From a virus (taxonomy: Duplodnaviria; Caudoviricetes), in IMG/VR virus record IMGVR_UViG_3300025490_000001, positions 1-62,222 of that record: a stretch of DNA of 62,222 bases; one strand, given 5' to 3'. Below the pieces are notes generated by a model. The model saw only the letters and a program-made list of their open reading frames with translations. It was not told the DNA's origin and did no database searches. Shown one piece after another: positions 1 through 9,428 of the stretch. Within the stretch, counting starts at the first letter, position 1, and the number at the start of each line of letters is the position of its first letter. The position numbers and the translations under genes were made by a program.

Positions 1-118
1 CTGGCCGCCGCCGCCGCCTCCCCCCGGGTTGGTTCCCCCTGTGGCAGGCTGGAACGGGTGCGAAACGATCGCGAGATTCCGCTAGTGGCTCAAATCTGAA
101 ACGGCTAAAGGTGCGAGC

Positions 119-859
119 ATGTCAGTAAAGCCGCTGACTCAAGCCGCTTTAGCCAAGGCGCTAGGGCTCACCGAAGGCCGCGTTTCGCAGCTCAAAACGC
201 TCGGAATGCCGCTGAGCTCGGTCGAGGCGGCGCAGGCCTGGCGCGAGCAGCAGCAAAACGTGGCCGCGCGCAAGCCGCTGCCGGCCAGCGGCGCCGATTT
301 TCGCGGCTGCGGCGCCGATTTTGCGCGCGTGCACGCCGCCGATCGCGATTTTTCAGCTGCGCCGGCCGATTTTTCGTCCGCCGGCCCGATTTTTGCGCCC
401 GGCGCGCGCGATTTTGCGCCCGCAGAGCCGTTTTTTGGCCAAACTGGGCCTGCGGTGCCTGCCGGCCCCGATTTTGGCCGCCAAGGGCCGGATTTTGAGC
501 CCACCAAGCCCGCCGCCGCGCCGTTTGCGCCAAATTCGGCCCCCAAGCCGGTTTTGGGCCTCATGGACGAAGATTTCCAGATGGCGCGCACCCGGCGCGA
601 GATCGCCGAGGCCAATTTAGCCGAAATGCGCGAGGCCGAGCTCGAGGGCCGGCTGATACGGGTCGAGGTCATCCGCGCAGCATGGGCCAAGCGCGTGGCC
701 AGCACCCGCGATGCCCTGCTGCAAATCCCCAGCCGCTTAGCGCCCACCGTGGCCGCGCAGTCCGATGTTGACCAGGTGGCCCGCGTGCTCGAAGAGGAGC
801 TGCGCCAAGCGCTGGCCGAGCTGAGCCGCGACGGCGTGCCTGTGCAGGAGGTGGCCTAG
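119..859 (+). CDS. terS: Terminase small subunit (Nu1-like) with low-complexity central insert
   Basis: N-terminal HTH (TQAALAKALGLTEGRVSQL), C-terminal ARTRREIAEA..GRLI..DALLQIP, directly upstream of gpA-type terminase. Confidence 0.85.
   Translation: MSVKPLTQAALAKALGLTEGRVSQLKTLGMPLSSVEAAQAWREQQQNVAARKPLPASGADFRGCGADFARVHAADRDFSAAPADFSSAGPIFAPGARDFAPAEPFFGQTGPAVPAGPDFGRQGPDFEPTKPAAAPFAPNSAPKPVLGLMDEDFQMARTRREIAEANLAEMREAELEGRLIRVEVIRAAWAKRVASTRDALLQIPSRLAPTVAAQSDVDQVARVLEEELRQALAELSRDGVPVQEVA
290..560 (+). repeat. Degenerate ~21-bp repeats with phased GATTTT/GTTTT tracts inside terS
   Basis: Tracts start near 296, 317, 347, 368, 388, 410, 430, 470, 491, 522, 551; encode ADF/PIF/PDF-type heptads. 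Confidence 0.75.
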
Positions 860-861
860 CC

Positions 862-2904
862 ATGGGTGCCAGCGAATCTGCCGCCCTTGCCGACCCGGCG
901 CGCGCCGAGCGCTTGGTGGCCGAGCTGTTCGCGGAATTTCTACGCCCCCCAGCCGCCGTAACGGTCAGCCAGTGGGCGGATACGCACCGGATGCTGTCCG
1001 GCAAGGCGTCCAGCGAGCCCGGCCCCTGGCGCACCGACCGCACCCCGTACCTGCGCCAGATCATGGACGACCTGAGCGCCCGCAGCAGCGTGCAAGAGGT
1101 GGTGGTGATGTTTGCCGCGCAGCTGGGCAAGAGCGAAAGCGGTATGAACTGGCTAGGCTACATCATCGACAATGAGCCCGGCCCGGTCATGTGCGTGCAG
1201 CCCACCACCGACATGGCCAAGCGCTTCAGTCGGCAGCGCATCACGCCCATGCTCGAGGAGACGCCCGTACTGCGCCGCAAGGTGCGCGAAAACCGCAGCC
1301 GCGACGACGCCAACACCACGCTGATGAAAGATTTTGCTGGCGGCGTGCTGGTGGTGTCTGGCGGCAACAGCGCGGCCAGCCTGCGATCGATGCCAGTGCG
1401 CTACCTGTTTTTGGACGAAATCGACGCCTACCCGCTTGATGTTGACGGCGAGGGCGACCCGGTGGCGCTGGCCGAAAAGCGCACCAGCACCTTTGCGCGG
1501 CGCAAGGTGCTCAAGGTGTCCACGCCCACCACCAAAGATTTTTCGCGCATCGAGAGCGCCTACCTGCAGACCAATGCCTGCCGCTACCACGTGCCCTGCC
1601 CGCACTGCGGCGAGCACCAGGCGCTGGAGTGGGGCGCAAAGGGCGAGCACGGCCTGCGCTGGCACAAGCTCGAGGACGGATCGCCCGACCTCACCAGCGT
1701 GCATTACGTGTGCAAGCACTGCGGCGGCGTGATCGACGAGCACCACAAACCCGCCATGCTGTCGCGCGGCGAGTGGCGGGCCAGCAAGGCCCCCAACCGC
1801 GCCAACCGCCAAACCGGCTATCACCTCAACGCGATTTATGCCCCATTGGGCTGGATCAGCTGGCCCGATCTGGTGGCGCAGTGGCACGATGCCATGCTGG
1901 CCGCCAAGCAGGGCGACGTGAGCAAGCTCAAGACCTTCACCAACACCGTTTTGGCCGAGACTTGGGAGGAGCAGGGCGACAAAGTGGCTACGCACGAGCT
2001 GGCCCGCCGCGCCGAAGACTACCCGCTTGGCCACGTGCCCCATGGCGGCCTGATGCTGAGCATGGGCGTCGATGTGCAGGGCGACCGCATCGAGTACCGC
2101 ACGTGGGCATGGGGCCGCGGGCAAGAGAGCTGGCTCATCGATCGCGAGCTCATTTATGGCGACCCGGCGGTCGAGGAGGGCCAGCCCGGCAGCGTGTGGG
2201 CGCGCTTGACCGAGCGCCGCCGCACACCCTACCTGCACGCCAGTGGCTCGCAGGTGCTGGTGCAGGCCTGCGCCATCGACACCGGCGGCCACCACACCCA
2301 GCAGGTGTACGGCTACGTGCGCGCGCACCACCACGCCAACGTGCTGGCCGTCAAGGGCAGCAGCGCCAAGGGCAAGGCGATTTTGAGCAAGCCCAGCGAC
2401 ATCGACGTAACCTGGCGCGGCCAGAAAATCCCCCGGGGCGTCAAGCTCTGGCTGGTGGGCACCGACATTGCCAAGGGCGTGATCTACGGGCGCCTGCGCC
2501 AAGCCCAGCCCGGCCCCGGCTACGTCCATCTGCCCAAGGTGCTGGCCAACACCGACGAATTCGAGCAGATGACCGCAGAGCGGCTTGTCACCAAGTATTT
2601 CAAGGGCCACCCGCGCATGGAGTGGATCAAGCCCAACGGGAGGCGCAATGAGGCGCTGGACTGCGCCGTGTACGCCTACGCCGCGGCGATTTGGGCTGGC
2701 ATCGAGCGCTGGACAGACGTGCAATGGAGCCGCCTCGAAGACCGCATTGCGCCCACCATCCGCGACCTTTTTGCCACGCCGCCGCCCGATGCCGCGCCCG
2801 CCGCGCAGCAGCCCATCACCCAAGCCGTAGGCCAGCCGCCGCCACCGGCCCCCCGCCCGCCTACCCGGCGGCCCATCCAGCAGCAAAGACCACGCACATG
2901 GTGA
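862..2904 (+). CDS. terL: Terminase large subunit, lambda gpA family
   Basis: Walker A AQLGKS, Walker B LFLDEIDAY, VSTPT, CPHC/CKHC zinc motif, GVDVQ nuclease start, RRNEALDC. Confidence 0.95.
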   Translation: MGASESAALADPARAERLVAELFAEFLRPPAAVTVSQWADTHRMLSGKASSEPGPWRTDRTPYLRQIMDDLSARSSVQEVVVMFAAQLGKSESGMNWLGYIIDNEPGPVMCVQPTTDMAKRFSRQRITPMLEETPVLRRKVRENRSRDDANTTLMKDFAGGVLVVSGGNSAASLRSMPVRYLFLDEIDAYPLDVDGEGDPVALAEKRTSTFARRKVLKVSTPTTKDFSRIESAYLQTNACRYHVPCPHCGEHQALEWGAKGEHGLRWHKLEDGSPDLTSVHYVCKHCGGVIDEHHKPAMLSRGEWRASKAPNRANRQTGYHLNAIYAPLGWISWPDLVAQWHDAMLAAKQGDVSKLKTFTNTVLAETWEEQGDKVATHELARRAEDYPLGHVPHGGLMLSMGVDVQGDRIEYRTWAWGRGQESWLIDRELIYGDPAVEEGQPGSVWARLTERRRTPYLHASGSQVLVQACAIDTGGHHTQQVYGYVRAHHHANVLAVKGSSAKGKAILSKPSDIDVTWRGQKIPRGVKLWLVGTDIAKGVIYGRLRQAQPGPGYVHLPKVLANTDEFEQMTAERLVTKYFKGHPRMEWIKPNGRRNEALDCAVYAYAAAIWAGIERWTDVQWSRLEDRIAPTIRDLFATPPPDAAPAAQQPITQAVGQPPPPAPRPPTRRPIQQQRPRTW

Positions 2905-3227
2905 CCAAGCCCCCAGCCGACCAGCCAGACGCCCTGCAGGCCGTCCAATACACCGACGATGTGGTCGAGTACACACTGCGCTGTGTGCTGGCCCTTGCGC
3001 CCAGCTTCCAAGCCTGCCTTGCGCGCCAGATCGAGGCCCAAGTGCGCGGCACTTTTGGCGGCGCTCGGGTGTACGTGGGCAAGCGCGCCGGCGAAGGCGC
3101 CGCCACCCGCAACGCCGCCATCCGCCGCGACTACCGCGCCGGCGAGCGCCTCGAGCTGCTCGAGCGCCGCTATGGTCTAGGCCGCGTGCAGCTCTGGCGC
3201 ATCATCAACGACGTGCCAAACCGCTAG
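2898..3227 (+). CDS. Mor/C-family transcription activator (putative late activator)
   Basis: FGGARVYV..RNAAIRRDY..LERRYGLGRVQLWRII resembles Mu Mor/C; start re-called at ATG 2898. Confidence 0.75.
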   Translation: MVTKPPADQPDALQAVQYTDDVVEYTLRCVLALAPSFQACLARQIEAQVRGTFGGARVYVGKRAGEGAATRNAAIRRDYRAGERLELLERRYGLGRVQLWRIINDVPNR

Positions 3228-3258
3228 GCTGGATCGTCGCGCAAACCACCGCCCCTGG

Positions 3259-3288
3259 TTTTTCGCAACTTGCCTTGTTTGCGAAACA
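3259..3288 (+). promoter_or_regulatory. Late-promoter dyad, copy 1 (putative Mor-like activator site)
   Basis: tttttcgcaacttgccttgtttgcgaaaca, inverted repeat TTTCGCAA..TTGCGAAA, intergenic; 29/30 identical to 5468-5497; TAGAGT at 3299. Confidence 0.7.
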
Positions 3289-3313
3289 CGCGCGCGCCTA
3301 GAGTCGCATCACC

Positions 3314-3862
3314 ATGGCCGAAATTCCAACCGCAGAGCCCGCAGGCGTCAACGCTGGGGACACCGTGCGCTGGCGCCGCTCGCTGGCGCAATACCCGGCC
3401 AGCAGCGGCTGGCAGCTGACGTACACGCTGCTCAACGCTGCGGGCCGCATCACCATCGCCGCCACGGCGCAGGGCGCCGATCACTTGGTCGAGGTGGCGG
3501 CCAGCGCGACCAGCCTTTGGGCTGCTGGTGACTACGCGTGGCGCGCTCAGGTGGCGCTTGCTGGGCAGGTGTTTACGGTGGCCGAGGGGCGCATGACCAT
3601 CCGGCCAAGCTTCGGGGCCGCCACGCTCGACACCCGCACCGCCACCCGCCGCGCGCTCGAGGCGGTTGAGGCCTATCTGGCCGACCCCGGCAATCTGGCG
3701 GCGGCCAAGTACGCTATCGCGGGGCGCAGCCTTGACCGCTTCCCGCTGCCCGAGCTCTGGAGCCACCGCGACCGGCTCAAGGTCGAGGTGGCCCGCGAAG
3801 AGGCCGCCACCGGCGCAGGCCTGCCGGGCCGTGGCCGCATCCAAGTGAGGTTTGGCGCATGA
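3314..3862 (+). CDS. Head completion / head-tail joining protein (gpW-like C-terminus)
   Basis: Position between terL and portal; KYAIAGRSL..LPEL..IQVRF resembles gpW. Confidence 0.65.
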   Translation: MAEIPTAEPAGVNAGDTVRWRRSLAQYPASSGWQLTYTLLNAAGRITIAATAQGADHLVEVAASATSLWAAGDYAWRAQVALAGQVFTVAEGRMTIRPSFGAATLDTRTATRRALEAVEAYLADPGNLAAAKYAIAGRSLDRFPLPELWSHRDRLKVEVAREEAATGAGLPGRGRIQVRFGA

Positions 3863-5439
3863 ACGTTTTTTCTCGGGCTTGGCAGGCGCTGCGCGGCCCT
3901 CAGAAGCCGGTGCAGGTGCGCCGCTTTCAAGCCGCGCGCATCGACCGGCTTACCGCCGACTGGCTATCGACCCAGCAGAGCCTCAACGAGGAGCTGCGCG
4001 GCGACCTCGATCTGCTGCGCCGGCGGGGCCGCGACCTGGTCAACAACAACGACTACGCCAGAAAATTCAGGACGATGGTGCAGGACAACATCGTCGGCCC
4101 GTCTGGCGTGCGCCTGCAGAGCCGCGTGGAAGATCGCCCCGGTGTGCCCGACCGCTTGGCTTGCGCCGCGATTGAGTCGGCTTGGCAAGCGTGGCAGCGC
4201 GAGGCCGACGCGCAGGGCCGGCAGCACTTCCGCGACCTTTGCGCCACGCTGGTGGGCGGGCTGCCGTCGGACGGTGAATTTTTGGTGGCCGTGGTGCGCG
4301 GCCCACAGGCTGGCAACCGCTGGCATTTTGCGCTGCAGGCTATCGACGTTGACCGCATCGACACCACGTACAACGGACGCTGGGGCGACAACGCCGTAAT
4401 CATGGGCGTAGAGGTCAACACCCACCGCCGCCCCGTGGCCCTGCACCTATTCGCGGCCCACCCAAACGACGGCGTCAACAGCAACCGCCAGCGCGTGCGC
4501 CTGCCCATGGCAGACGTGATCCACGCCTACAAGGTCGAGCGCCCCGAGCAGCTGCGCGGCATCCCTTGGATGGTGCCGGGTATGCTGAGCCTGCACCACT
4601 TGGGCAATTTCAAGCTGGCCGCGCTACTGGCCGCCGAGCATGGCGCCAACCACTACGGATTTTTCACGACGCCCGACGGGCAAGCGCCCATTGGCGGCCT
4701 GAGCGCCGACGGCGAGGCGGTGACCGTGAGCCAGCCCGGCACTTTCGACACGCTGCCGCAGGGCGTGAGCTTCCAGGCCTACGACAGCAAATACCCCGAG
4801 GCCAGCTTCGAGCCGTTTGTCAAGACCACGCTGCAGCGCATCTCGAGCGGCTGGGGCGTGGCCTACCATTCGCTGGCCAACGACCTCGAGGGCGTGAGCT
4901 TTTCGAGCATCCGCAGTGGCACGCTCGAGGAGCGCGACCGCTGGATGGCCGACCAAGAATGGTTTGTGCAGGTGCTGCTGGAGCCGGTTTTCCGCCGTTG
5001 GCTGGAGTGGGGCCTGCTCATGGGCACCATCACCATGCCCAACGGTAGCGCTTTGCCCGCAGCCAAGCACGAAAAGTTTGTCCGCCACGAGTGGCAGCCC
5101 CGGCGTTGGGACTGGGTGGACCCCAAGGCCGACACCGAGGCCAACATTTTGAAGGTCAAGGCCGGCCTGATGAGCCCGCAAGACCTGAGCGCCGCCATGG
5201 GCTACGACTTCGAGGACACGCTCAAGAGCATCAAGGCCGCGCAGGACTTGGCCGCCGAGTACGGGGTGCACCTCACGGCCTACGACGGATTGCCGGGTGC
5301 CGCCCAGCCTGCAAGCGCTGCCGCGCCAGCCCCCGCTCCAGCCGACGCGCCCGCAGAAGGCCGGCAGATCGAGCAACAGATCCGCGCCCTGCATGCCTTG
5401 GTGCTGGCCACAGCGCGCCAAGCGCCGCCCGCGATCTGA
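3859..5439 (+). CDS. Portal protein, lambda family
   Basis: LRRRGRDLVNNNDYA, PEQLRGIP, FSSIRSGTLE, WDWVDP motifs. Confidence 0.95.
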   Translation: MNVFSRAWQALRGPQKPVQVRRFQAARIDRLTADWLSTQQSLNEELRGDLDLLRRRGRDLVNNNDYARKFRTMVQDNIVGPSGVRLQSRVEDRPGVPDRLACAAIESAWQAWQREADAQGRQHFRDLCATLVGGLPSDGEFLVAVVRGPQAGNRWHFALQAIDVDRIDTTYNGRWGDNAVIMGVEVNTHRRPVALHLFAAHPNDGVNSNRQRVRLPMADVIHAYKVERPEQLRGIPWMVPGMLSLHHLGNFKLAALLAAEHGANHYGFFTTPDGQAPIGGLSADGEAVTVSQPGTFDTLPQGVSFQAYDSKYPEASFEPFVKTTLQRISSGWGVAYHSLANDLEGVSFSSIRSGTLEERDRWMADQEWFVQVLLEPVFRRWLEWGLLMGTITMPNGSALPAAKHEKFVRHEWQPRRWDWVDPKADTEANILKVKAGLMSPQDLSAAMGYDFEDTLKSIKAAQDLAAEYGVHLTAYDGLPGAAQPASAAAPAPAPADAPAEGRQIEQQIRALHALVLATARQAPPAI

Positions 5440-5467
5440 TCTTTTTGGGCCACAGCCGCCCCCCGAC

Positions 5468-5497
5468 TTTTTCGCAATTTGCCTTGTTTGCGAAACA
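5468..5497 (+). promoter_or_regulatory. Late-promoter dyad, copy 2
   Basis: tttttcgcaatttgccttgtttgcgaaaca upstream of protease-capsid gene. Confidence 0.7.
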
Positions 5498-5519
5498 TGG
5501 TCGGAGGTCAAATGCTCGC

Positions 5520-7388
5520 ATGAGCAAGCAATCCACACCGCTGCACGGCCTCGAGCGCCACCTGAGCAAGGGCCGCGCCGAGCGCGCGCTTTTGGTAGAG
5601 CGCCAGGCCATCAGCGACGAGGCCCGCACCGCCGTGCTGGCCTTTGCGTCAGAGCTGCCCTATGAGCGCTGGTGGGGCATCGAGATTTTGGACGTGACCG
5701 CCACGTCTATGCGCCAGAGCCGGCTGCGCTCTGGTGCCAACCTTTTGATGGATCACGACCATAAAGACGTCGTGGGCGTCATCGAGTCTGTCGAGATCGG
5801 GGCCGACCGGGTAGGTCGGGCCGTGGTGCGCTTTGGCAAAAGCGCAAGAGCAGAAGAAGTGTGGCAAGACGTGCGCGACGGCATCCGCCGCAATGTGAGC
5901 GTCGGCTACATGGTGCACAAGGCGCAACTGATCGAGGTGGATGATGGGCTGGAAACCTATCGCATCACCGATTGGGAGCCGTTCGAGGTGTCGCTGGTCT
6001 CTGTGCCAGCCGATGCCACCGTAGGCGTAGGCCGCAGCTTGGAAGACGACGAGCACGACGTTGACCCAGGCGCGCCAGACGCCACCCCGGCTGCGCAAGC
6101 CGAAACCCAAACCCAAACCCACACCCCCATCAAGGAAAAAGCCATGACTATCGAAGTCGCAGAGCAGCGCAACCACGCTGCCGAAATCAGCAAAATCGCC
6201 GCATCGTTCCCCGGTGGCGCCGATCTGGCCATGAGCGCGATCCAGCGCGGCCTTACGGTCGAGCAATTCCAGCGCGAGGCGCTCGCCAGACTGGCATCTG
6301 CCCCCGTGCCCACCGCCGACATTGGCATGGACAAAAAAGAGGTGCGGCAGTACAGCTTTCTGCGCGCCCTCAACGCGCTGGCCAACCCCGGCGACGCAGT
6401 GGCCCAGAGCGCCGCCGCTTTCGAGCGCGAGTGCTCGGACGCCGCCGCCGCCAAGCTCAAGCGCCAGCCCGGCGGTCTGCTGGTGCCGTTTGATGTGCAA
6501 AAGCGCTCCATGGTGGCCGGCACACCCACCGCTGGCGGCAACCTCGTGGCCACCGACCTGCTGACGGGTTCGTTCATCGACATCCTGCGCAACGCCATGG
6601 TGATCAACGGCATGGGCGCGCAGACCCTCACAGGCTTGGTGGGCAACATCGCCATCCCCAAGCAGACCGGCGCTGCCACTTCGTTTTGGGTGGCTGAAGA
6701 TGCCGCCCTGACCGAGAGCCAGCAGACCATTGGCCAAGTGCCCATGACGCCCAAAACCGTGGGTGCCTTCACGGACATTTCGCGCCGCCTGATCCTGCAA
6801 ACCTCGCTCGACGTGGAAAGCATGGTGCAGCGCGATTTGGCCACCGTGCTGGGCTTGGCGATCCAGCAGGCCGCCATCAACGGCACCGGTGTGAGCAACC
6901 AGCCCTCTGGCATCTTGACGCTGGTCACATCCAATGCCGCCGTGGGCGGCGCCAACGGGGGTGCGCCCACTTGGCAGCACATGATCGACCTCGAGACCGC
7001 TGTGGCTGTGGCCAACGCCGACGTAGGCAGTATGGGCTACCTCACCAATGCCCGCGTGCGTGGCCGTCTGAAATCGACCTCCAAAGTGAGCGGCCAAAAC
7101 GGCTTCATTTGGGAGGACGGCGGCACCCCTGTCAATGGCTACCGCGTGGGCGTGACCAACGCCGTGCCGTCGAACCTGAGCAAGGGCACCGGCACCAACC
7201 TCTCGGCCATTTTGTTCGGGAATTTTGCCGACCTGCTGATCGGCATGTGGGGCGGGCTTGACCTGATGGTCGATCCGTACACCGGCGGCGCTGCCGGCAC
7301 CGTGCGCGTGCGCGTGTTGCAGGACGTTGATGTGGCCGTGCGTCACGTCGAGTCGTTCAGCCGCATGGTTGACGCCATCACACAGTAA
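5520..7388 (+). CDS. Prohead protease-major capsid protein fusion (HK97 fold); internal capsid start at 6144
   Basis: Protease motifs LLMDHD, VSVGY, EVSLVSVPAD followed in frame by capsid domain (GGNLVATDL, LFGNFADL); AAGGA before ATG 6144; start re-called at 5520. Confidence 0.9.
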   Translation: MSKQSTPLHGLERHLSKGRAERALLVERQAISDEARTAVLAFASELPYERWWGIEILDVTATSMRQSRLRSGANLLMDHDHKDVVGVIESVEIGADRVGRAVVRFGKSARAEEVWQDVRDGIRRNVSVGYMVHKAQLIEVDDGLETYRITDWEPFEVSLVSVPADATVGVGRSLEDDEHDVDPGAPDATPAAQAETQTQTHTPIKEKAMTIEVAEQRNHAAEISKIAASFPGGADLAMSAIQRGLTVEQFQREALARLASAPVPTADIGMDKKEVRQYSFLRALNALANPGDAVAQSAAAFERECSDAAAAKLKRQPGGLLVPFDVQKRSMVAGTPTAGGNLVATDLLTGSFIDILRNAMVINGMGAQTLTGLVGNIAIPKQTGAATSFWVAEDAALTESQQTIGQVPMTPKTVGAFTDISRRLILQTSLDVESMVQRDLATVLGLAIQQAAINGTGVSNQPSGILTLVTSNAAVGGANGGAPTWQHMIDLETAVAVANADVGSMGYLTNARVRGRLKSTSKVSGQNGFIWEDGGTPVNGYRVGVTNAVPSNLSKGTGTNLSAILFGNFADLLIGMWGGLDLMVDPYTGGAAGTVRVRVLQDVDVAVRHVESFSRMVDAITQ

Positions 7389-7408
7389 CCCTAGCCGGCG
7401 CCTGCACC

Positions 7409-7681
7409 ATGTTTGCCGAAGACCTCAGCGTGTTTTTCCGCGACTTTGGGGCGCAAGCCACCCTAGGGGCGGCGAGCGTGCGCGGGGTATTCGACAATGC
7501 GTTCGAGAACGCGGGCGATATGGGCGTGTTTGGCACCCAGCCCATCTTCACCTGCGCGACCGGCGATCTGGCTGGCGTGCAGGTGGGGCAGTCGGCCACG
7601 GTGCAGGCCGTGGCTTACCGCATCGTGGGCATCGAGCCGGATGGCACCGGCATATCCACCGTGAGGCTGGAGCGCGCATGA
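7409..7681 (+). CDS. Head-tail joining protein (gpFII-like)
   Basis: 90 aa after capsid; IEPDGTG..LRL-type C-terminus. Confidence 0.7.
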   Translation: MFAEDLSVFFRDFGAQATLGAASVRGVFDNAFENAGDMGVFGTQPIFTCATGDLAGVQVGQSATVQAVAYRIVGIEPDGTGISTVRLERA

Positions 7682-8124
7682 GCACGTCGATCCGCACCCA
7701 AGTCCGGCAAGCGGCAGTCGCGGCGCTCAACGCGGTGCCTGCGCTGGCTGGCAGGGTGTTCGTTGACCAAGAGTACGTGCTGCAACCAAACCAACTACCT
7801 TGCGTGGTGGTGGCTGTGAGCGAAAACGCGCAGCTCGAGGGCGCTTTTTCCGACGGCGTAGAGCGCACCGTCACCGTGCAGGTGCGGGCGCTGGCCAAGG
7901 CCACCGCAGGCCTGAGCGACACCCTAGACGCCATCAGTTTTGCCGCAGAAGGCGCGCTGGTGGTCGGCGGGTTGACGGTGGCTGGGCGCGCTTTCTGGCC
8001 CGATTCTTTTGGCGCCGAAACCCCCGATGTGTCTGCCGTGGGCGACCAGCCGGTCGGCGAGTTGTCGATGGACTTTGTTTTTCTGATCCCCACCCAGCGA
8101 GCGGCCCCGGGCCAGCTTGCCTAA
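7678..8124 (+). CDS. Tail terminator/completion protein
   Basis: Synteny; IRTQVR..LPCVVV pattern; start re-called at ATG 7678. Confidence 0.6.
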   Translation: MSTSIRTQVRQAAVAALNAVPALAGRVFVDQEYVLQPNQLPCVVVAVSENAQLEGAFSDGVERTVTVQVRALAKATAGLSDTLDAISFAAEGALVVGGLTVAGRAFWPDSFGAETPDVSAVGDQPVGELSMDFVFLIPTQRAAPGQLA

Positions 8125-8136
8125 GGAGTATTTGCG

Positions 8137-8787
8137 ATGAGTTTCACACTTCCGGCCGGCGGCTCGCTGGCTATTGCGAGCACATACGGCCCTGTCGTCA
8201 ACATGACGGCCATCACCAATGCCGCCCAAGCTGTGGCCACGCTGGCTGTTGGGCACGCGGTGGTGGTGGGCGACATGCTCGAAATCACCAGCGGCTGGGA
8301 GAGCCTCGATCGGCGCGTGGTGCGCGTGCTGACTGTGGCCACCAACGACGTGACCCTCGAGGGCATCAACACCACCAACACCGCGTTTTTCCCGGCTGGC
8401 GCAGGCGTGGGCAGCATCCGGCGCATCACGGCCTTTACGCCTATCACGCAAGTGGGCGCCATCACCTTTTCTGGCGGCGAGCAGCAGTATGCCGACACAT
8501 CCAGCGTGTTTGGCCGCTTTGACACCCAAATGCCTGCCAGCCGCTCGCCGGTGACGGTAGAGATCTCGCTGCACGACAACCCATCGCTGCCGTTTTACGC
8601 CGTCATTCAGGCCGCAGAGCTGGCTGGGCAGCCGGTGGCCATGCGGATTACTGGAGGCAACGGCGCGCGCACTTTCCACAATGGGTTTTGGAGCATGGCC
8701 CAGTTTGCCACCCTCGAGCGCAACGCGACCGAAAAAAGGTCGGTGTCTTTTGCCGGCGTGGCCGAGCCCACCCGCTACGCCACCTGA
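8137..8787 (+). CDS. Major tail tube protein
   Basis: AITNA..VGDMLEITSGW..SGGEQQY; strong AAGGAG RBS. Confidence 0.85.
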   Translation: MSFTLPAGGSLAIASTYGPVVNMTAITNAAQAVATLAVGHAVVVGDMLEITSGWESLDRRVVRVLTVATNDVTLEGINTTNTAFFPAGAGVGSIRRITAFTPITQVGAITFSGGEQQYADTSSVFGRFDTQMPASRSPVTVEISLHDNPSLPFYAVIQAAELAGQPVAMRITGGNGARTFHNGFWSMAQFATLERNATEKRSVSFAGVAEPTRYAT

Positions 8788-8802
8788 TAGGGCCTGCCAC
8801 AC

Positions 8803-9180
8803 ATGGACCTGACCGACCTCAAGCGCAAGGTGCAAGCAGCGCGCCGTTTCATCGTCGAGATCGACGGGCGCAGCTTCACGCTCCAGCGTCCAAGCCGTTT
8901 TGATATGCAGATGGCCGCCGCGCAGGCGGGCATGGTCCATGGCGACCCCGGCGCCCGCTTGCATTGGGAGCGATTGGTGCTGCTTGGCGCGATTGTGGGC
9001 TGGCAAGGCGTGACGGTGGCCGATTTGGGGCTGCCAGAGGCTGGCCCGCTCGATCACGACGACGGCGCTGTGCTGCTGCTGCTCGACGCGCAGCCCGAGT
9101 GGGGCGACCAGCTGGCGCAGGCTTTGTGGGAGCGACTGGCGCAGGCAAGCGAAGCGGAAGGCACCGCCGCAAAAAACTAA
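8803..9180 (+). CDS. Tail assembly chaperone (gpG-like)
   Basis: Between tail tube and tape measure; ends GCA AAA AAC TAA. Confidence 0.75.
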   Translation: MDLTDLKRKVQAARRFIVEIDGRSFTLQRPSRFDMQMAAAQAGMVHGDPGARLHWERLVLLGAIVGWQGVTVADLGLPEAGPLDHDDGAVLLLLDAQPEWGDQLAQALWERLAQASEAEGTAAKN

Positions 9181-9428
9181 CCGGGCTCCTAGAGTGGGAG
9201 CGCTCTAGGAGCCAGGCCGACAAGCTGCAGGCGGCTGGATTTGGCGAGATTTTGCCAACCCAGCCCAACCTGTGCCCACTGGCCGAGCAGGCCCGGCATT
9301 GCTGGGTCTGGTGCGGTGGCTGGATGCCCGAGCGCTGGCCGCTGTACGAGGCAATACACCCTGTGGCCAATTGGCCGCAGGTGATCGAAATGATGGAGCA
9401 TATCCGTGGTCGGAACAGCGCGAATTGA
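9171..9428 (+). CDS. -1 frameshift extension of tail chaperone (gpGT-like)
   Basis: Slippery A-AAA-AAC at 9171-9177; -1 frame open to 9428 (KLTGLLEWERS...). Confidence 0.75.
   Translation, partial: KKLTGLLEWERSRSQADKLQAAGFGEILPTQPNLCPLAEQARHCWVWCGGWMPERWPLYEAIHPVANWPQVIEMMEHIRGRNSAN

Noticed and set aside
1-118. Possible cos site upstream of terS
   Set aside because: Position fits, but no cohesive-end sequence can be fixed by eye
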